Shown: positions 30,401-39,912 of the stretch, piece after piece
Position numbering within the stretch: position 1 is the stretch's first letter
Layout: each line of letters starts with the position of its first letter
DNA from: a virus
Lineage: Duplodnaviria; Caudoviricetes
DNA length: 52,687 bases
Direction: 5' to 3' (one strand)
Virus record (IMG/VR): IMGVR_UViG_3300033067_001777
Span: 1-52,687 of that record
The notes under the pieces: generated by a model
What the model saw: only the letters and a program-made list of their open reading frames with translations
Told to the model about the DNA's origin: nothing
Databases searched by the model: none
Program-made: the position numbers and the translations under genes

Positions 30401-33400
30401 CGGCGTGCCGTTCAAGGGCCAGGTCGTGCTCCGCCAGTCCGCGCTCGACGAACTCCAGCGCAGGCTGCCCATCACGCGCCAGTTGATCGGCATGAGCGAG
30501 GCGGAGGCGCGCGCGGCGATTGCGCGGATGGTTGGATTGCCGGAAGACGTTCCTAGTTCTTCGTCCGTGGTTCTTGGTTCAGAGAACGGCGATTCCACAG
30601 CGCAACCAAGCACAAAAAACAACGAACAAAGAACCGCCGAAGGCGATGACGAGATCGATCTGTCTCCCGGTCCCGTGGTGGATCCGGCCCAGGTGGCGGT
30701 GGACGATTCCGTGGAAACTCCGCCGGAAACGGAGCGGAAACCCGGAGAGGCGGATGAAAACGAGACGGAAACCGAAGCGAAACCACCGCCATCGCAGTCG
30801 ATCGAGATCGGCAAGCGGGAGTATCGGATGGCGACGTTCGCCACGGCGGAGGATGCGGAGGCGTTCAACCTGGTCACTCAGCTCCGCCAGGCGCACAATC
30901 CGGCGAGCAAGCTCACGGAAGCGGAGCGCACGGACATCATCGAACGCGGGCGGGCCCTGCGGAACCGGCTCGTGGTCGAGGCCGGGCACAGCAAGGCGGA
31001 GGCCAATAAGATCGTCGAAGGCTACCATCAGGCGGTGATCGACGAGGCGAAGAAAGCGGATCCCTTCGACGGGTTCACGCCTCAGAGTTTCCAGCGGTTC
31101 GCTCGTTTCCCCGAGAAGCAACAAGCAGAGTCGAAACTCAAGCGCATCGCGAAGGACAAGCTCAAGGATCCCGAAGGCACGGACATCATCAGCATCCTCA
31201 AGGGTGAATTTGGACGGCTTGCCTACACGCCAGAAGTGGCGGACTCCGCCGAATGGGAATGGTATCGCGATCTCGAAAAGGCGGCGCGAAGCAGCGGGCT
31301 CCATCTCGATGCAGCAAAGCGCGCGGCAGCGCTCGGCGAGGTGGATGACGCCCGGGCACTTTTTGAATGGGTGAACCTGAACATCGTGAATCGAGACGGC
31401 GGCGGCATCAAGATCGACGAAGCGGCGGAAATTCTGAGCAGCGGGGAAACAGGGCAGACCTTCCGAGTGTCTGCCACGGAACTGGGGCCCGCTATTCTCG
31501 ACGCCGTGGCCACGCGCCAGAAGGCGCTGGAGCGTCCCGAGACGATGGACGACTACCTCGAAGCCGAGGGCGAGGCAATGCTCGCGGCGGAGAGGGAAGC
31601 CGAGGAAACGGAAGCCATCCGTGGCGGCGTGCTGGGCGCGGCGGTGAAGACCGACCCGGCATCCGTAGCGGCGAGGAAACAGCAGCTCACGGGCGCGGAA
31701 ACGACGGTGCAGGAGCAGAAGGTCAAGACGGGCGTGCCGGTCACGTTTGATTTCGTCCACAACACGGAATCTTCGACGGCGATCTGGGGGAAGCCGAAGG
31801 CGGGCGATCCGTTTGACCGGCATCTGGAGCCGTCCGGGCGCTACGTCACGGAGACGAAGGATCGCTATCTGGTGGAGAATTTCCCGGAGAGATACATCGC
31901 GGGCACGTTGTCGTTCAAGAACCCCATCGTCATCGACGGCGGTTATTACGAGACGCCATCCTCGTGGAAGCGTCGGCTCTCGGAGGTGTTTGGCGGCCTG
32001 CGCGGGAAGCGGCTGAGCCAGGCGATCATCGCCGACGGCTACGACGGCGTGATCACACACGGCAGCCACGGGCCCAGCGAGATACTGGACCTGACGACCT
32101 TCGACGAATCGAAGGCGCTGTATGCCGCGGACAAGACCGGGCCGACGCGGGCCTATGAGTCGATGACCTTCGATCCGCCGTTTGAGGCTCCGTTTGGGAA
32201 GATCGTGAGCTACAACTGGGTCAGCCGCGCCGTGGGCCAGATGTCGAGCGAGCGGGTGAGCGACTGGAACAACTCGCGCACCAACCCAGTCACCGGACGA
32301 CAGATTGTGCATCATTTCAAAGTGCTCGGTCCCGACGGCCTGAGCACGGTGTCCCTGGAGACGGCCATGGGCCAGCTCTCCGACAAGCAGCGCACCGATC
32401 TGAACCGGATCATCAAAAGCGAGCAACAGCGGCGCGTGGATGCCGCGAACGGGCAGATGGCGCTCTTTAGCGCGGTGAAGACCGAAGGATCACAGCCAAA
32501 GAAAAGCCCCGCCTTGGTTGCCCAAGGCGGGGAGGTGTCGCAGGTCGGAAGTCCTATCCAGACATCGAATCAGCTTCAACGGGGCCGCTCCCAGAACCCG
32601 ATTGAGGGAGCGGAGAAATCACCCCTGGCAGGTGATGTTGTCGCTGCGACTCAGAAGGATGGACGGGTCATCGCGAATTGGCAAGGACAAATTCAGAAAC
32701 TTTACCGCAAAATCAGAAACCACTTTCCGCCGCTGCCGGTAGCCGGGTACTGGACGCTTGATCATCCAGACTGGACATTCAAACGACTGGATTCCCCGGC
32801 CGCTGCTGAATATTCGTGGAGAGCCAATGGCAAATCCGGACCAGCACCCACAGTCATCCCGGCAACGAAAACGCTGAGTCGGGAGGAAATCTTTGGGCTT
32901 GCCAAACCACCTGTCGTACTGCCGCTCGACAACCCTCAGTACATCGAGGTTGAGGCTCCGATCCGGCCCATGAACCGGATCAGTGCGTTCAAGAGCGTGG
33001 TGTCGAACAGACCTGATGCGGAATGGACCGTGATCGGTTATCGGGACGAGGGGCCGCATTGGTCGGAGAAGAAGGAGGAACTGTATCAGGTAGGCAAGGA
33101 GGGGCAGCAACGCCGTATCTGGGGCGACGAGACATGGAAACAAATTACCGGGGCGTGGGAGCAGAATCAGGGCGAGAGAAAACCCGCAGAGATCACGGGC
33201 GATTTCAGTCTGGCTCTGCCAGATGCGAAGCATGACATCCGCCTAGATCAACGGGCGTTGGATGTGTTTGCCGGGAGGCCGCCGGTGAACCGGCCGCTTG
33301 AGTTTGCTGAATCGGAGGAAGTCACGCGAGCACTGAATGGCAAGGCCATGGTCTATGTGGGCGGATTCGGCGCAGGGCAGCGCGTGCAGCTGAACGGCAG

Positions 33401-36400
33401 GCCGGGGCAGTATTACAATCAGGTCGTGTTTGCTTCCGACCAGTGGAAGCATGCCAACGAGGCTAAGGAGTCATATGAAGCGGTAGATGAGCTTGAGGAA
33501 CAGAAAAAAAAGCTCACCGAGAAGAGGAAGTTCCTGACCGACTTCATCGAGCAAGTGATGGCAAATCCATCAAGCAGCTATGCCACCGCCAACCAACTGC
33601 ATTCGATCTGGAACAACTATAGGCTCGCCGGTGGGACTCACGATTTCGCGGCTTCTCTTGCTGCCTACGCTGCGAAAGTAGAGCGTGATGAAGCGGTGAA
33701 GGCCGAACAAGCCGCGCTGACCGAGGCAGCGAACTACCTGCGCGGTGAAGCCGCGCTCCCAGAAAACCAGCGCCGTGACCGCCTGACGGCGAAACAGAAC
33801 GTCATGCAACGCGAGGCGCGGACGCGGCAGGCGGATTACTCGGCGCTGTGGGAGAAACTGCTCGATGAGCGGTATCCATCGCCATTACGGCAACTGGCAG
33901 ACCTCTGGAGGCGCATCGCGGCGGATGAGGACAGTTTTCAATATCCGAAGTCATCAGCAAAGAACATTGAGAGGCTGGCCCGCGAGATGTCTGGCGGAAC
34001 CGTGACTGGCGTCGTGCAGTCAGACGGGGATCTAAAACTATCGTCGCCAGGTGGGCAGATTGAAATCACAGATCCCGATTCAGATTCGCCGAAGATCCAC
34101 GCGCCAAGTGCGGGATCGAAGGGCAAGAAGGCAGGAGGGGGGGCGCTGATGTATCAGATTGCTCTGGCATGGGCGGCGAACAATGGCAAGACGATCAATC
34201 CAAGTAACCAACTGAGCAGCATCAACGCTTTTGTGCGGCGGACGAGCAACATGCTCTCTAGTGCCCTGCGTTTTGGCAGCACGGATCACATGATTCCCGA
34301 CAAGGACCAAGGTGTGAAAGGCTGGGTGAAGGGACGGCACTGGAATAACATCGCTAGGCTAGCGCAGAGAGAGGAACATCAGGTCTTTGCCACGTTTCCG
34401 AAGCTGGACACCTTGCGCTGGGACTTTGTGAGTGGTAGCTTTGTTGAGCATGTCGCAGGTAGTGAACAGCCCCTTTCCATTGACGAAGGGCGAATCGAGG
34501 AGATTGTCCGAGCAGCCGACCCAAAGGGCTACGGTAATGATGCGGGCATCGGCGCGACAACAGTTCAAAGAGCGATTCTCACACGATCCGCACTGGAAGA
34601 ACTGGGACGAGGACAGTTGGGAGAAGATGTTCGCGGACTCGGAGACGGGGAAGTAAAGGCACCTGGCCGCCTGCTGTATGCCGCCATCAAGACCGAAGTC
34701 GATGCCGGGGCGCATGAGGCGGCGACTTCGCCGCTCAATCCGCTGGCGGAGCCGTCGGTGGCACAAAAGGAGGCGGGCAATTACAAGGTCGGGCGTGTGC
34801 GCGTGGGGCCGCTGGACATCAGCGTGGAGAATCCGGCGGGCAGCGTGCGCCGTGGCACTTCGAAGTCTGGCAAGACCTGGGAGGTGACGATGGCGGACCA
34901 CTATGGCTATGTGCGCGACTCGGAGGGCAAGGACGGCGATCATGTGGACATCTTCCTCGAGCCTGGCACGCCGGCGGATTTCGCGGGGCCGGTGTTCGTG
35001 ATCAACCAGATGAACGCGGACGGAAAATTCGACGAGCACAAGGCCATCCTCGGCCCATCGCTGCGCACGATCGACGACGCGCGGGCGGAGTATCTCAAGA
35101 ACTACTCTCCCGGCTGGAAGGGCGCGGGCAGTGTGGTGCAGTTCCGGGATCCGGCGCATTTCCATCAGTGGGTCACGGCGCGGCGCAGGCTAGCGCCTGC
35201 GTCCAAAGACTTGGAGAAGAGGAGTGGAGGAGTGGAGGAGACGGAACCTCTCGGAGCGGCAAGGAAGATCGGTGATGGCATCACGGTATTCAGCAAGACG
35301 ATCAAGACGCCGTACGGCAGCCGGTATTATCACGCGACGTTCGAGGGCGACTGGTATCACATCCGTCTCGCTGACCACGCCAACAAATCAGCCACGGGCG
35401 GCGAAACGGATAGACTGTTCAAGGATTTGCACGCAAACGAGGCAGGGGTGGGTATGACCCATCCGCATGAATTGAACGTGCTCTTGACCGACCCTGTGAA
35501 AACCGAAAACGAGGCGAACGAAGTGATCCGCCGCGTGCTCCTTGGATTGCCTGATGCCGCGAAATACCGCACGCCGATTGAAAGGCTGGCGTGGGAGAAG
35601 GATCAGACTCCACAAATCTATGGCAACTCGGTCGATGTGGATGCTCAGTACAATCGGCTTGAATACAGTTTTGAGGACGCGGCTGGCGAGAGATTCGACG
35701 AGGTGCCGGCACAACAAAAAAACCAGTCAAGGGCGGAAAGCGGATCGGACATGCCAGGCAGAGGACCGACCAACTTGGCGACATCCAAGACTGGCGAAAC
35801 GATTCCACCACAACCCCAGCCATCCGTCAACCTTGATTTGAACGAATCCGGGCCGTTGGGGGCGGCTCCGAAGGTGGGGGATGCGATTGCGAATCTCGCG
35901 GTCGGGGCGCTCGATCTCGGCTCTCGTGTGGTCCATGCGACGGGTCTTGAATCGCCGCTGCAACGGCTCGGCTGGAACCATCTGGACAAGGCGGTGTCGG
36001 CCAAGATCGCGGCGCATACGCGGTGGGCGCGCGATGGCGTGGCGGAGACGGTGGCGGGGTGGGCGCGGCATGAGAACGTCGCGCCGTTTGCCCGGGCGGC
36101 CAAAACGATCAAAGGCGAACTGATTCCGAACTCCAAACTGCCGGCGGAAGTGATGGCGGCCAAGCGTGAGATGGACATCAAAATCGCCATGCAGCAGCAG
36201 CGCGCCCTCGATCTGGTGCGCGCCCTGTCGGGCAAGGCGAAGTTCTCCGACATGGCCTATCCCAAGGCGTTCGTGGAGAATCCGAAACATCGGGAGGCGC
36301 TCTTTGATGCCATGGAGGGCCGCGTGCCGATGTCGAGTCTGCCGCCGGAGATGCAGGCGCTCGGGGCCCGGCTGCGCGGCAAGCTGGTCGAGATCGGCCA

Positions 36401-38765
36401 GGAGGCCGTGAAGCAGGGCCGCATGAGCATCGAAACCTTTGAAGGACTGCGCGAGAACTTCATGCCGCGCTTCACACGCGACGAAGCCGAAGCCAAGGCC
36501 GGCGATCTGTGGAAGCGGTTCAAGCTCGGCGTGAAGGACATCCTCCAGCAACGCACCACGGCCTGGCATATCGTTGATACGAGCCGGAAGGACTACCGCA
36601 CTCAGGAGTATGTGACCGTACCGTGGGACGACAAGGGCAAGCGCTGGCGTTTCCGCGATCAGGGGCACCGGGACGCCTTCTATGAGCAGATGATCCGCGA
36701 CGAGGCCCTGCGCGCGCTCAAGGAGGGCGGCAAGTGGGAAAAGGACTTGCTGGCCGCGCTGTCTGCTGACGAGAAAAAGAAGATCCGCGCCGAGATCGGC
36801 CTGCTCTCCCGGGAGCAGATGGACCGTCCGGCGGAAATGAGCCGGGAGCTTTACCGCATCACGGGCCGGGCCGTCATGGACATGCGGACGCGGTTCCGGA
36901 AAGAGAAACCCATCGTGCCGGAGAACCTGGTGCGCGATCCGGTGTACGCGATCGCGCGCTATGCGGCCACGATGACGCACGACAACGCGACGGCGGAGTT
37001 TTTCAATCATGTGGCAGCGAATCCCGATTACATCAGCGACACGGCCGCATCGGGGTTCACCGAAATCCCGGACACGAACCGCTTTGGCCGTCTGGCTGGG
37101 AAGCATGTGCGTGACGACATCGCGGGCCAGATACTCGAACTCGTCCAGGCTCCAAGCGCGGCGATGGAGATGTACGACACGATCCTCGGCTGGTGGAAGA
37201 CGGGCAAGACCGTGCTCAATCCCGGGACGCACATGCGCAACCTGCTGGGTAACACGTTCTTTTCGCAGCTCGCGGGCAATTCGATTCACAACCCGGGCAA
37301 CTTATCGTTTTACAAAAAGGCCACGTCCGCCATCCGCGACGGCGGGGCCGACTTCACCGAACTCTATGAGAACGGCGTGCTCGGGGCCGATTACGCCAGC
37401 GTCGAACTGCGCGGCGTGCTGCGCGGCCTGGTGCCGGGCGCGGCGGCGATCGAGGAGCAGCCGGGCGTCCTGATGGGCATCGGCAAGAGTATCAACCGCG
37501 TGATCCCGGACATGCTCAAGCATCCCGTCCGGGCCGTGGTCGATTTTGCCGTGAAAGCGTATCAGGTCGAGGATGACGTGTTCAAAGCCGCCGCGTTTTT
37601 CAAGGCGCGCGCCATGGGCATGGACGGCAAGGCGGCGGCGGAGCATGTGCGGAAATGGTTCCCCTACTTCGACGGCGGCAGCAGCGGCACGCTCCGGGCC
37701 CTGGGCCGGACGGCGCTGCCGTTCCTGGGCTTCTATCGCGAGTCCATCCGGATCTTCGGCAATGCAGTCAAAGAGCGTCCCATCGCGCTCGCGGCGGGCA
37801 TGGCGGTGCCCTCGCTCATCACGCTCATCTCGGCCATGCTGCTCGGGCTGGACGACGACGATCTCGACGAGGTGAAAAAGGACATGCGCGGCAAGGGTGG
37901 GAAACTGGGCGGGCTGCTCGGGCTCTCAGACGTGCCCGTGTTCTCCATGCTCCTGCCGGCGCGCACGGCGGACGGCCAGCTCCAGCAATTCGACATTTCG
38001 GCAATCCATCCTTTCGCCGATTTCTTCGGCCGGCGGGTGGAGATGAATGAGGATCAAGGCTGGTATCAAGCGCTGTGGCGTTCCATGCTGGCCGCTGGTC
38101 CGATCGGATCCCTGGCCTATTCGCAAATGACGGGGAAAGACACGTTCGGCGATCGCGCCTTTGTCGAGGACAACATGACCACGGGCGAAAAGGTGGCGGC
38201 GCGGGCGGACAATGCGGCCAAGACACTGTTGCCGCCGCTGGCACCCTTCGGCACGGGCTGGAAGACGCTGGCCTCCGCCGGCGAGCGGCAGACGAACAAG
38301 ACCTTTGAAACGCGCAACCCCACGCAGGCCGTGGCGCGTGCCGTCGTGGGCCTCGATGTGCGCGGGGCGAATCCGAATCTCTACCGCCTGGCTGACGACT
38401 GGCGGGCCAAGAACGGACTGCCTTCCGGCGACGGGGCCGACTTCGGCACCACGCCTGTCTCGCGCGCCAGGGCCACGCTCTTCCAACTCCTGGCCCAGGA
38501 CGAACCGAATGCCAGCGCGGTGAGCCGCACGCTCGCTTTCCTCAAGGAAAAGGGCAGCGCCATCGATAGCCCGAAGGACATCAAGCGCCTCCTGGCGCTG
38601 CGCAATCCGCTCGAGGTGATCCGCGGGCACGACAACCAGCAACGATTCCGGGCCAGTCTGACGGGCGAACCGCGGCGCGTGCTAGACCAGGCCGTGGCGG
38701 AGTACAACCGCATCGTGGCCAAAGCGCCCGGGGTGATTTTTGGGGCGATGAGCGCGGTGCAATGA
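24462..38765 (+). CDS. giant polyvalent internal virion/ejection protein (4767 aa)
   Basis: Coiled-coil N-terminus; Gly/Ala hydrophobic region; zincin-like EEFIH; ART-like FKNPIVID...DGYDGVI; GNAT-like GGGALMYQIALAWA; InPase GNYKVG..ENPAGS.R..HYGY..DGDHVD..FDEHK; C-terminal NPGTHMRNLLGN...LPFLGF region. Confidence 0.85.
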   Translation: MLPPPPPSRRPPGTPVQPPTLRAPRMGAEPAQPMADLDPRKFTTPAFRQAFAGQIRDMDAADNGAQRDQARAEKAAEAEKVRQHNLMVKPQYAAENRPTFIDADHYIRPKHDDATWQQMQAAKQAKDALGASNKQVMSELSVQGRKHFVNPATGAVEPTESEDAFQARQAAETAAAAEKARVTGLSHQIQSLGAEAELNRPGMTDKQREKAGEALARAHRDAVATKAIPALSAKVQELDKGSKGSTWNPFDNDPAKAQEAETARAHLNDLNDRLMKAGDKGTVDLTSEDESLLDAPTLTALKTARENLAKHDEVSQAHTALVDQQRDLKLRLADPQKWEALQMQKLGTLPPDQLDAEIERRKSLLEERGVAIHEKAAGHEALVAQHEKQLADIEQENKDILNKGVTAGDLMTVAKPDGTTEDWHRGVAAKYFRTLQDAGEIDKQAKELRPVLQSDAGDYEQERRILNAAIERKNGVAEQQKQDFLGTLRADPSTAPHADALEALDADAKIRAGDLDTMYTPGSPEHTAAMQALQEDVQKNREGILQSAGATKQAKHEAGAQLYQQLKDFNPEIDWTKPEGGQNDIPQQMIQRKAQELGLSPEEATRSLQLQKAADWTVPHEQGILEKVGIGVPNPFAVLPWIRGDKATAERTMVATPTLDDLTLHFFRKEDVAPEQYRVLPNGVLSVNPALTFTPDAFKKAVDASPATPEAKAQALAQREQMALEGGKNALPILETTSEYPAWIAAQTKKDASLATLPPEAQAAKFLEQRDQRAWAGKLGDQLRVGVGNAILGLAQTVTGTALLATGSDTARDLTLALDAKRQKNAQQLDVIGSSSDRVLRTIGSLTDNALQMVGTLGAGAFAGKMARFGSKLATAAKAAGTMEEFSHGMAALGKLEAQGFTTASAKLVERAQMAGSGIGEGLQAASQMYPEAFTAYKKQYVEQGMSDKDATAAAHKSALLPVLTSAFTTSVIGYLGGASGAEVLLKKGGIEGAKKGFLNIVKGLGKESLSEGAEELWQTLADEFNAQANYDPNRTVGAMAGSVVESAFLGALMGGGFAGVHEALNHMAAQKTDDQARVNATDVHRRHEIVAAAKAGIESLVETPDSPVTKANAASVLRIAQGEDINKFASGDLAALGLDRVDGKIVPLKGYEGPQIVEFADKEHTQPIIRQVYIDALDEHAPAVHTAIGLDEVDAREMWAEKAAASKDGGLTPAATTIPAGVAGATVAGAETSPPHVTGTSAPDLSGVKVAGVSSSVAPGGGPASEGAAGQMTGQQSSKSVVSGSVNQSEPPKGNSPARRAWEVANHLEDRGLPREVAQKAAGQLVSKAGVVGNTVNDQIADASFVSTLKGLGLKSFSKGRWQAPDNFTGTTTASGAKPNQTGSNTTDENTVRSQKWQQGQGQGRQVLSQSVATDVSPSAAIADIKQAVADKKMSFIDAARAVLKDYTGPDEVGHLVATLGMKTQAATDVVEAMGGGLPAWKGVARQTQGKSPTPSKAELDAGWESVKKEHVGKAKGTNAVVGDLARWIKEEYGLPASEAARIAKEHLSAPLGRAAGTEPSPQPSPVGEGAVSADTLPEAKSAAVAALPRGERKRARTTLKALDKALAKQGKAFEQIIVGEEATARLKGMAVAVAMKGGKVTLLLDVPAFIQQHSWLARSVDEVTDTMTEEFIHAIAKHLLKTDATFSDANLAKLWERLPQDLRNAVYQAYHARTVGKKLRTSAPDLDEANAAGMTHEFLRMLVQNKAFRGRVTEHKGINQTGLLPWIKTLLSKLGDALEHFLGTAPKSVQSEVEQYRAKIIGAMADFEGAFQASKEEETGRLGDGEILNNILAHQKRGLLTAEEAEAAKIAAEKELAENAKANASDEARETIARRLIAQSIAARILDGESKAEIAKKLKAGEITADEARRAEVMVKVARGGYLYQEDNFGNWGLRTNWQAPGETQIIEMGLLGLEIDPKARTIALKKDEAGEFITDGAGVPFKGQVVLRQSALDELQRRLPITRQLIGMSEAEARAAIARMVGLPEDVPSSSSVVLGSENGDSTAQPSTKNNEQRTAEGDDEIDLSPGPVVDPAQVAVDDSVETPPETERKPGEADENETETEAKPPPSQSIEIGKREYRMATFATAEDAEAFNLVTQLRQAHNPASKLTEAERTDIIERGRALRNRLVVEAGHSKAEANKIVEGYHQAVIDEAKKADPFDGFTPQSFQRFARFPEKQQAESKLKRIAKDKLKDPEGTDIISILKGEFGRLAYTPEVADSAEWEWYRDLEKAARSSGLHLDAAKRAAALGEVDDARALFEWVNLNIVNRDGGGIKIDEAAEILSSGETGQTFRVSATELGPAILDAVATRQKALERPETMDDYLEAEGEAMLAAEREAEETEAIRGGVLGAAVKTDPASVAARKQQLTGAETTVQEQKVKTGVPVTFDFVHNTESSTAIWGKPKAGDPFDRHLEPSGRYVTETKDRYLVENFPERYIAGTLSFKNPIVIDGGYYETPSSWKRRLSEVFGGLRGKRLSQAIIADGYDGVITHGSHGPSEILDLTTFDESKALYAADKTGPTRAYESMTFDPPFEAPFGKIVSYNWVSRAVGQMSSERVSDWNNSRTNPVTGRQIVHHFKVLGPDGLSTVSLETAMGQLSDKQRTDLNRIIKSEQQRRVDAANGQMALFSAVKTEGSQPKKSPALVAQGGEVSQVGSPIQTSNQLQRGRSQNPIEGAEKSPLAGDVVAATQKDGRVIANWQGQIQKLYRKIRNHFPPLPVAGYWTLDHPDWTFKRLDSPAAAEYSWRANGKSGPAPTVIPATKTLSREEIFGLAKPPVVLPLDNPQYIEVEAPIRPMNRISAFKSVVSNRPDAEWTVIGYRDEGPHWSEKKEELYQVGKEGQQRRIWGDETWKQITGAWEQNQGERKPAEITGDFSLALPDAKHDIRLDQRALDVFAGRPPVNRPLEFAESEEVTRALNGKAMVYVGGFGAGQRVQLNGRPGQYYNQVVFASDQWKHANEAKESYEAVDELEEQKKKLTEKRKFLTDFIEQVMANPSSSYATANQLHSIWNNYRLAGGTHDFAASLAAYAAKVERDEAVKAEQAALTEAANYLRGEAALPENQRRDRLTAKQNVMQREARTRQADYSALWEKLLDERYPSPLRQLADLWRRIAADEDSFQYPKSSAKNIERLAREMSGGTVTGVVQSDGDLKLSSPGGQIEITDPDSDSPKIHAPSAGSKGKKAGGGALMYQIALAWAANNGKTINPSNQLSSINAFVRRTSNMLSSALRFGSTDHMIPDKDQGVKGWVKGRHWNNIARLAQREEHQVFATFPKLDTLRWDFVSGSFVEHVAGSEQPLSIDEGRIEEIVRAADPKGYGNDAGIGATTVQRAILTRSALEELGRGQLGEDVRGLGDGEVKAPGRLLYAAIKTEVDAGAHEAATSPLNPLAEPSVAQKEAGNYKVGRVRVGPLDISVENPAGSVRRGTSKSGKTWEVTMADHYGYVRDSEGKDGDHVDIFLEPGTPADFAGPVFVINQMNADGKFDEHKAILGPSLRTIDDARAEYLKNYSPGWKGAGSVVQFRDPAHFHQWVTARRRLAPASKDLEKRSGGVEETEPLGAARKIGDGITVFSKTIKTPYGSRYYHATFEGDWYHIRLADHANKSATGGETDRLFKDLHANEAGVGMTHPHELNVLLTDPVKTENEANEVIRRVLLGLPDAAKYRTPIERLAWEKDQTPQIYGNSVDVDAQYNRLEYSFEDAAGERFDEVPAQQKNQSRAESGSDMPGRGPTNLATSKTGETIPPQPQPSVNLDLNESGPLGAAPKVGDAIANLAVGALDLGSRVVHATGLESPLQRLGWNHLDKAVSAKIAAHTRWARDGVAETVAGWARHENVAPFARAAKTIKGELIPNSKLPAEVMAAKREMDIKIAMQQQRALDLVRALSGKAKFSDMAYPKAFVENPKHREALFDAMEGRVPMSSLPPEMQALGARLRGKLVEIGQEAVKQGRMSIETFEGLRENFMPRFTRDEAEAKAGDLWKRFKLGVKDILQQRTTAWHIVDTSRKDYRTQEYVTVPWDDKGKRWRFRDQGHRDAFYEQMIRDEALRALKEGGKWEKDLLAALSADEKKKIRAEIGLLSREQMDRPAEMSRELYRITGRAVMDMRTRFRKEKPIVPENLVRDPVYAIARYAATMTHDNATAEFFNHVAANPDYISDTAASGFTEIPDTNRFGRLAGKHVRDDIAGQILELVQAPSAAMEMYDTILGWWKTGKTVLNPGTHMRNLLGNTFFSQLAGNSIHNPGNLSFYKKATSAIRDGGADFTELYENGVLGADYASVELRGVLRGLVPGAAAIEEQPGVLMGIGKSINRVIPDMLKHPVRAVVDFAVKAYQVEDDVFKAAAFFKARAMGMDGKAAAEHVRKWFPYFDGGSSGTLRALGRTALPFLGFYRESIRIFGNAVKERPIALAAGMAVPSLITLISAMLLGLDDDDLDEVKKDMRGKGGKLGGLLGLSDVPVFSMLLPARTADGQLQQFDISAIHPFADFFGRRVEMNEDQGWYQALWRSMLAAGPIGSLAYSQMTGKDTFGDRAFVEDNMTTGEKVAARADNAAKTLLPPLAPFGTGWKTLASAGERQTNKTFETRNPTQAVARAVVGLDVRGANPNLYRLADDWRAKNGLPSGDGADFGTTPVSRARATLFQLLAQDEPNASAVSRTLAFLKEKGSAIDSPKDIKRLLALRNPLEVIRGHDNQQRFRASLTGEPRRVLDQAVAEYNRIVAKAPGVIFGAMSAVQ
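29142..29175 (+). repeat. REP-like palindrome within the giant ORF
   Basis: CCCTCACCCCAGCCCTCTCC-CGTT-GGAGAGGG, read in frame as PSPQPSPVGEG. Confidence 0.65.
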
Positions 38766-38843
38766 CGGGTGTAGAATGCAGAATGTCGAATGAAAGACCG
38801 GCTGAGTTGACACATTGAACCTTTGCCCCATCTTTGAACCTGC

Positions 38844-39095
38844 ATGAAAAGGAGATCGTTTTTCGGAAGGCTGCTGGGCGGAGTCGCGGCGGCGTGCGGG
38901 GTGAAGTCGTGCGAGATGCCGGTGCCGGCGCATCCTCCATCCGAGTTGATGTTGGATTACTTTCGTTTCTTTCCCGCCTATCAGTTCTCATTCACACAAG
39001 AAGCCCGGCTCGTTGATTACGCTAATCGACGAGGGCATGAGATCGGGCGCGAACTGGGAACCGGGAACCCTGAACATGGAACCGTGCAGCCATGA
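38844..39095 (+). CDS. hypothetical protein with a twin-arginine-like N-terminus
   Basis: MKRRSFFGRLLGGVAAA; coupled to ssb. Confidence 0.5.
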   Translation: MKRRSFFGRLLGGVAAACGVKSCEMPVPAHPPSELMLDYFRFFPAYQFSFTQEARLVDYANRRGHEIGRELGTGNPEHGTVQP

Positions 39096-39559
39096 ACATC
39101 ACCATCCTGAAAGGCAACATCACGCGGGATCTGGAGGTGACGTTCACGCCGAAGGGAACGGCGGTGTGTGAGATCGGGCTGGCGGTGAATGATGTGTGGT
39201 TCAATGACGCCGGCGAGAAGCAGGAGGAAGTGACCTTCCTCGACTGTCGCGCCTGGGGCCGTGCGGCGGAGGCCATCGGCAAAAACTTCTACAAAGGCAA
39301 ACCGATCTTGATCCATGGCAAACTCAAGCAGGAGCGCTGGGAGGATAAGGAGACGGGCAAGAAGCGCAGCAAGACGCTGATCATCGTGCAGCACTGGGAG
39401 TTCTGCGGGGACGTGCGGGGCGCGCAGCGCGGGGAAGACAAGGAGACTCGGAGTGGAGGAGATGGGGAGAGGTCGCCGGCAAGGCCAGCGCCGCCTCAAC
39501 GGGCTGAGTCCGCCGAGGAGATGGCGGGCGGGTTTGAAGAGGATGACATCCCGTTCTAG
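39092..39559 (+). CDS. ssb: single-stranded DNA-binding protein
   Basis: GNITRDLEVTFTPKG, CRAWGRAAE, C-terminal EDDIPF. Confidence 0.95.
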   Translation: MNITILKGNITRDLEVTFTPKGTAVCEIGLAVNDVWFNDAGEKQEEVTFLDCRAWGRAAEAIGKNFYKGKPILIHGKLKQERWEDKETGKKRSKTLIIVQHWEFCGDVRGAQRGEDKETRSGGDGERSPARPAPPQRAESAEEMAGGFEEDDIPF

Positions 39560-39912
39560 GCGGGGCTAGTGGCTGGTAGTTCGGCGAGCCGAACTGTTTG
39601 CGCGGCTTGCTTTTGAAGCCTATTCAGTAGCACACAGCGCTCGCGCAGCATGGAGGCGGCGACCATGCGCAAGGTTTCAATTTCCGTCGCTCCAGACATC
39701 ATACCCCATTCAACGGAGGCATGCCATCCCATCACATGGTTCAGCGCCCATTGGTTGAGTTGTTCCCATGGTTGCGTCGTATTGTCGTAGAGAGGTGGTG
39801 TGTTTCCTCCATCTGAGGCGTTCTTTCTCCTCTTCGCATCACGCTCGCGGAACCAATCGCCAAGCTGCTGAGTGAGGCCGTTTTCGATTTCTTTTTTGAT
39901 GTCGTCGTTCAT
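39556..39912 (-). CDS. hypothetical protein
   Basis: Last gene of the leftward operon, start MNDD. Confidence 0.45.
   Translation of the reverse strand: MNDDIKKEIENGLTQQLGDWFRERDAKRRKNASDGGNTPPLYDNTTQPWEQLNQWALNHVMGWHASVEWGMMSGATEIETLRMVAASMLRERCVLLNRLQKQAAQTVRLAELPATSPA

Noticed and set aside
26280-37289. Several long antisense ORFs inside the giant gene
   Set aside because: Shadow ORFs without recognisable motifs
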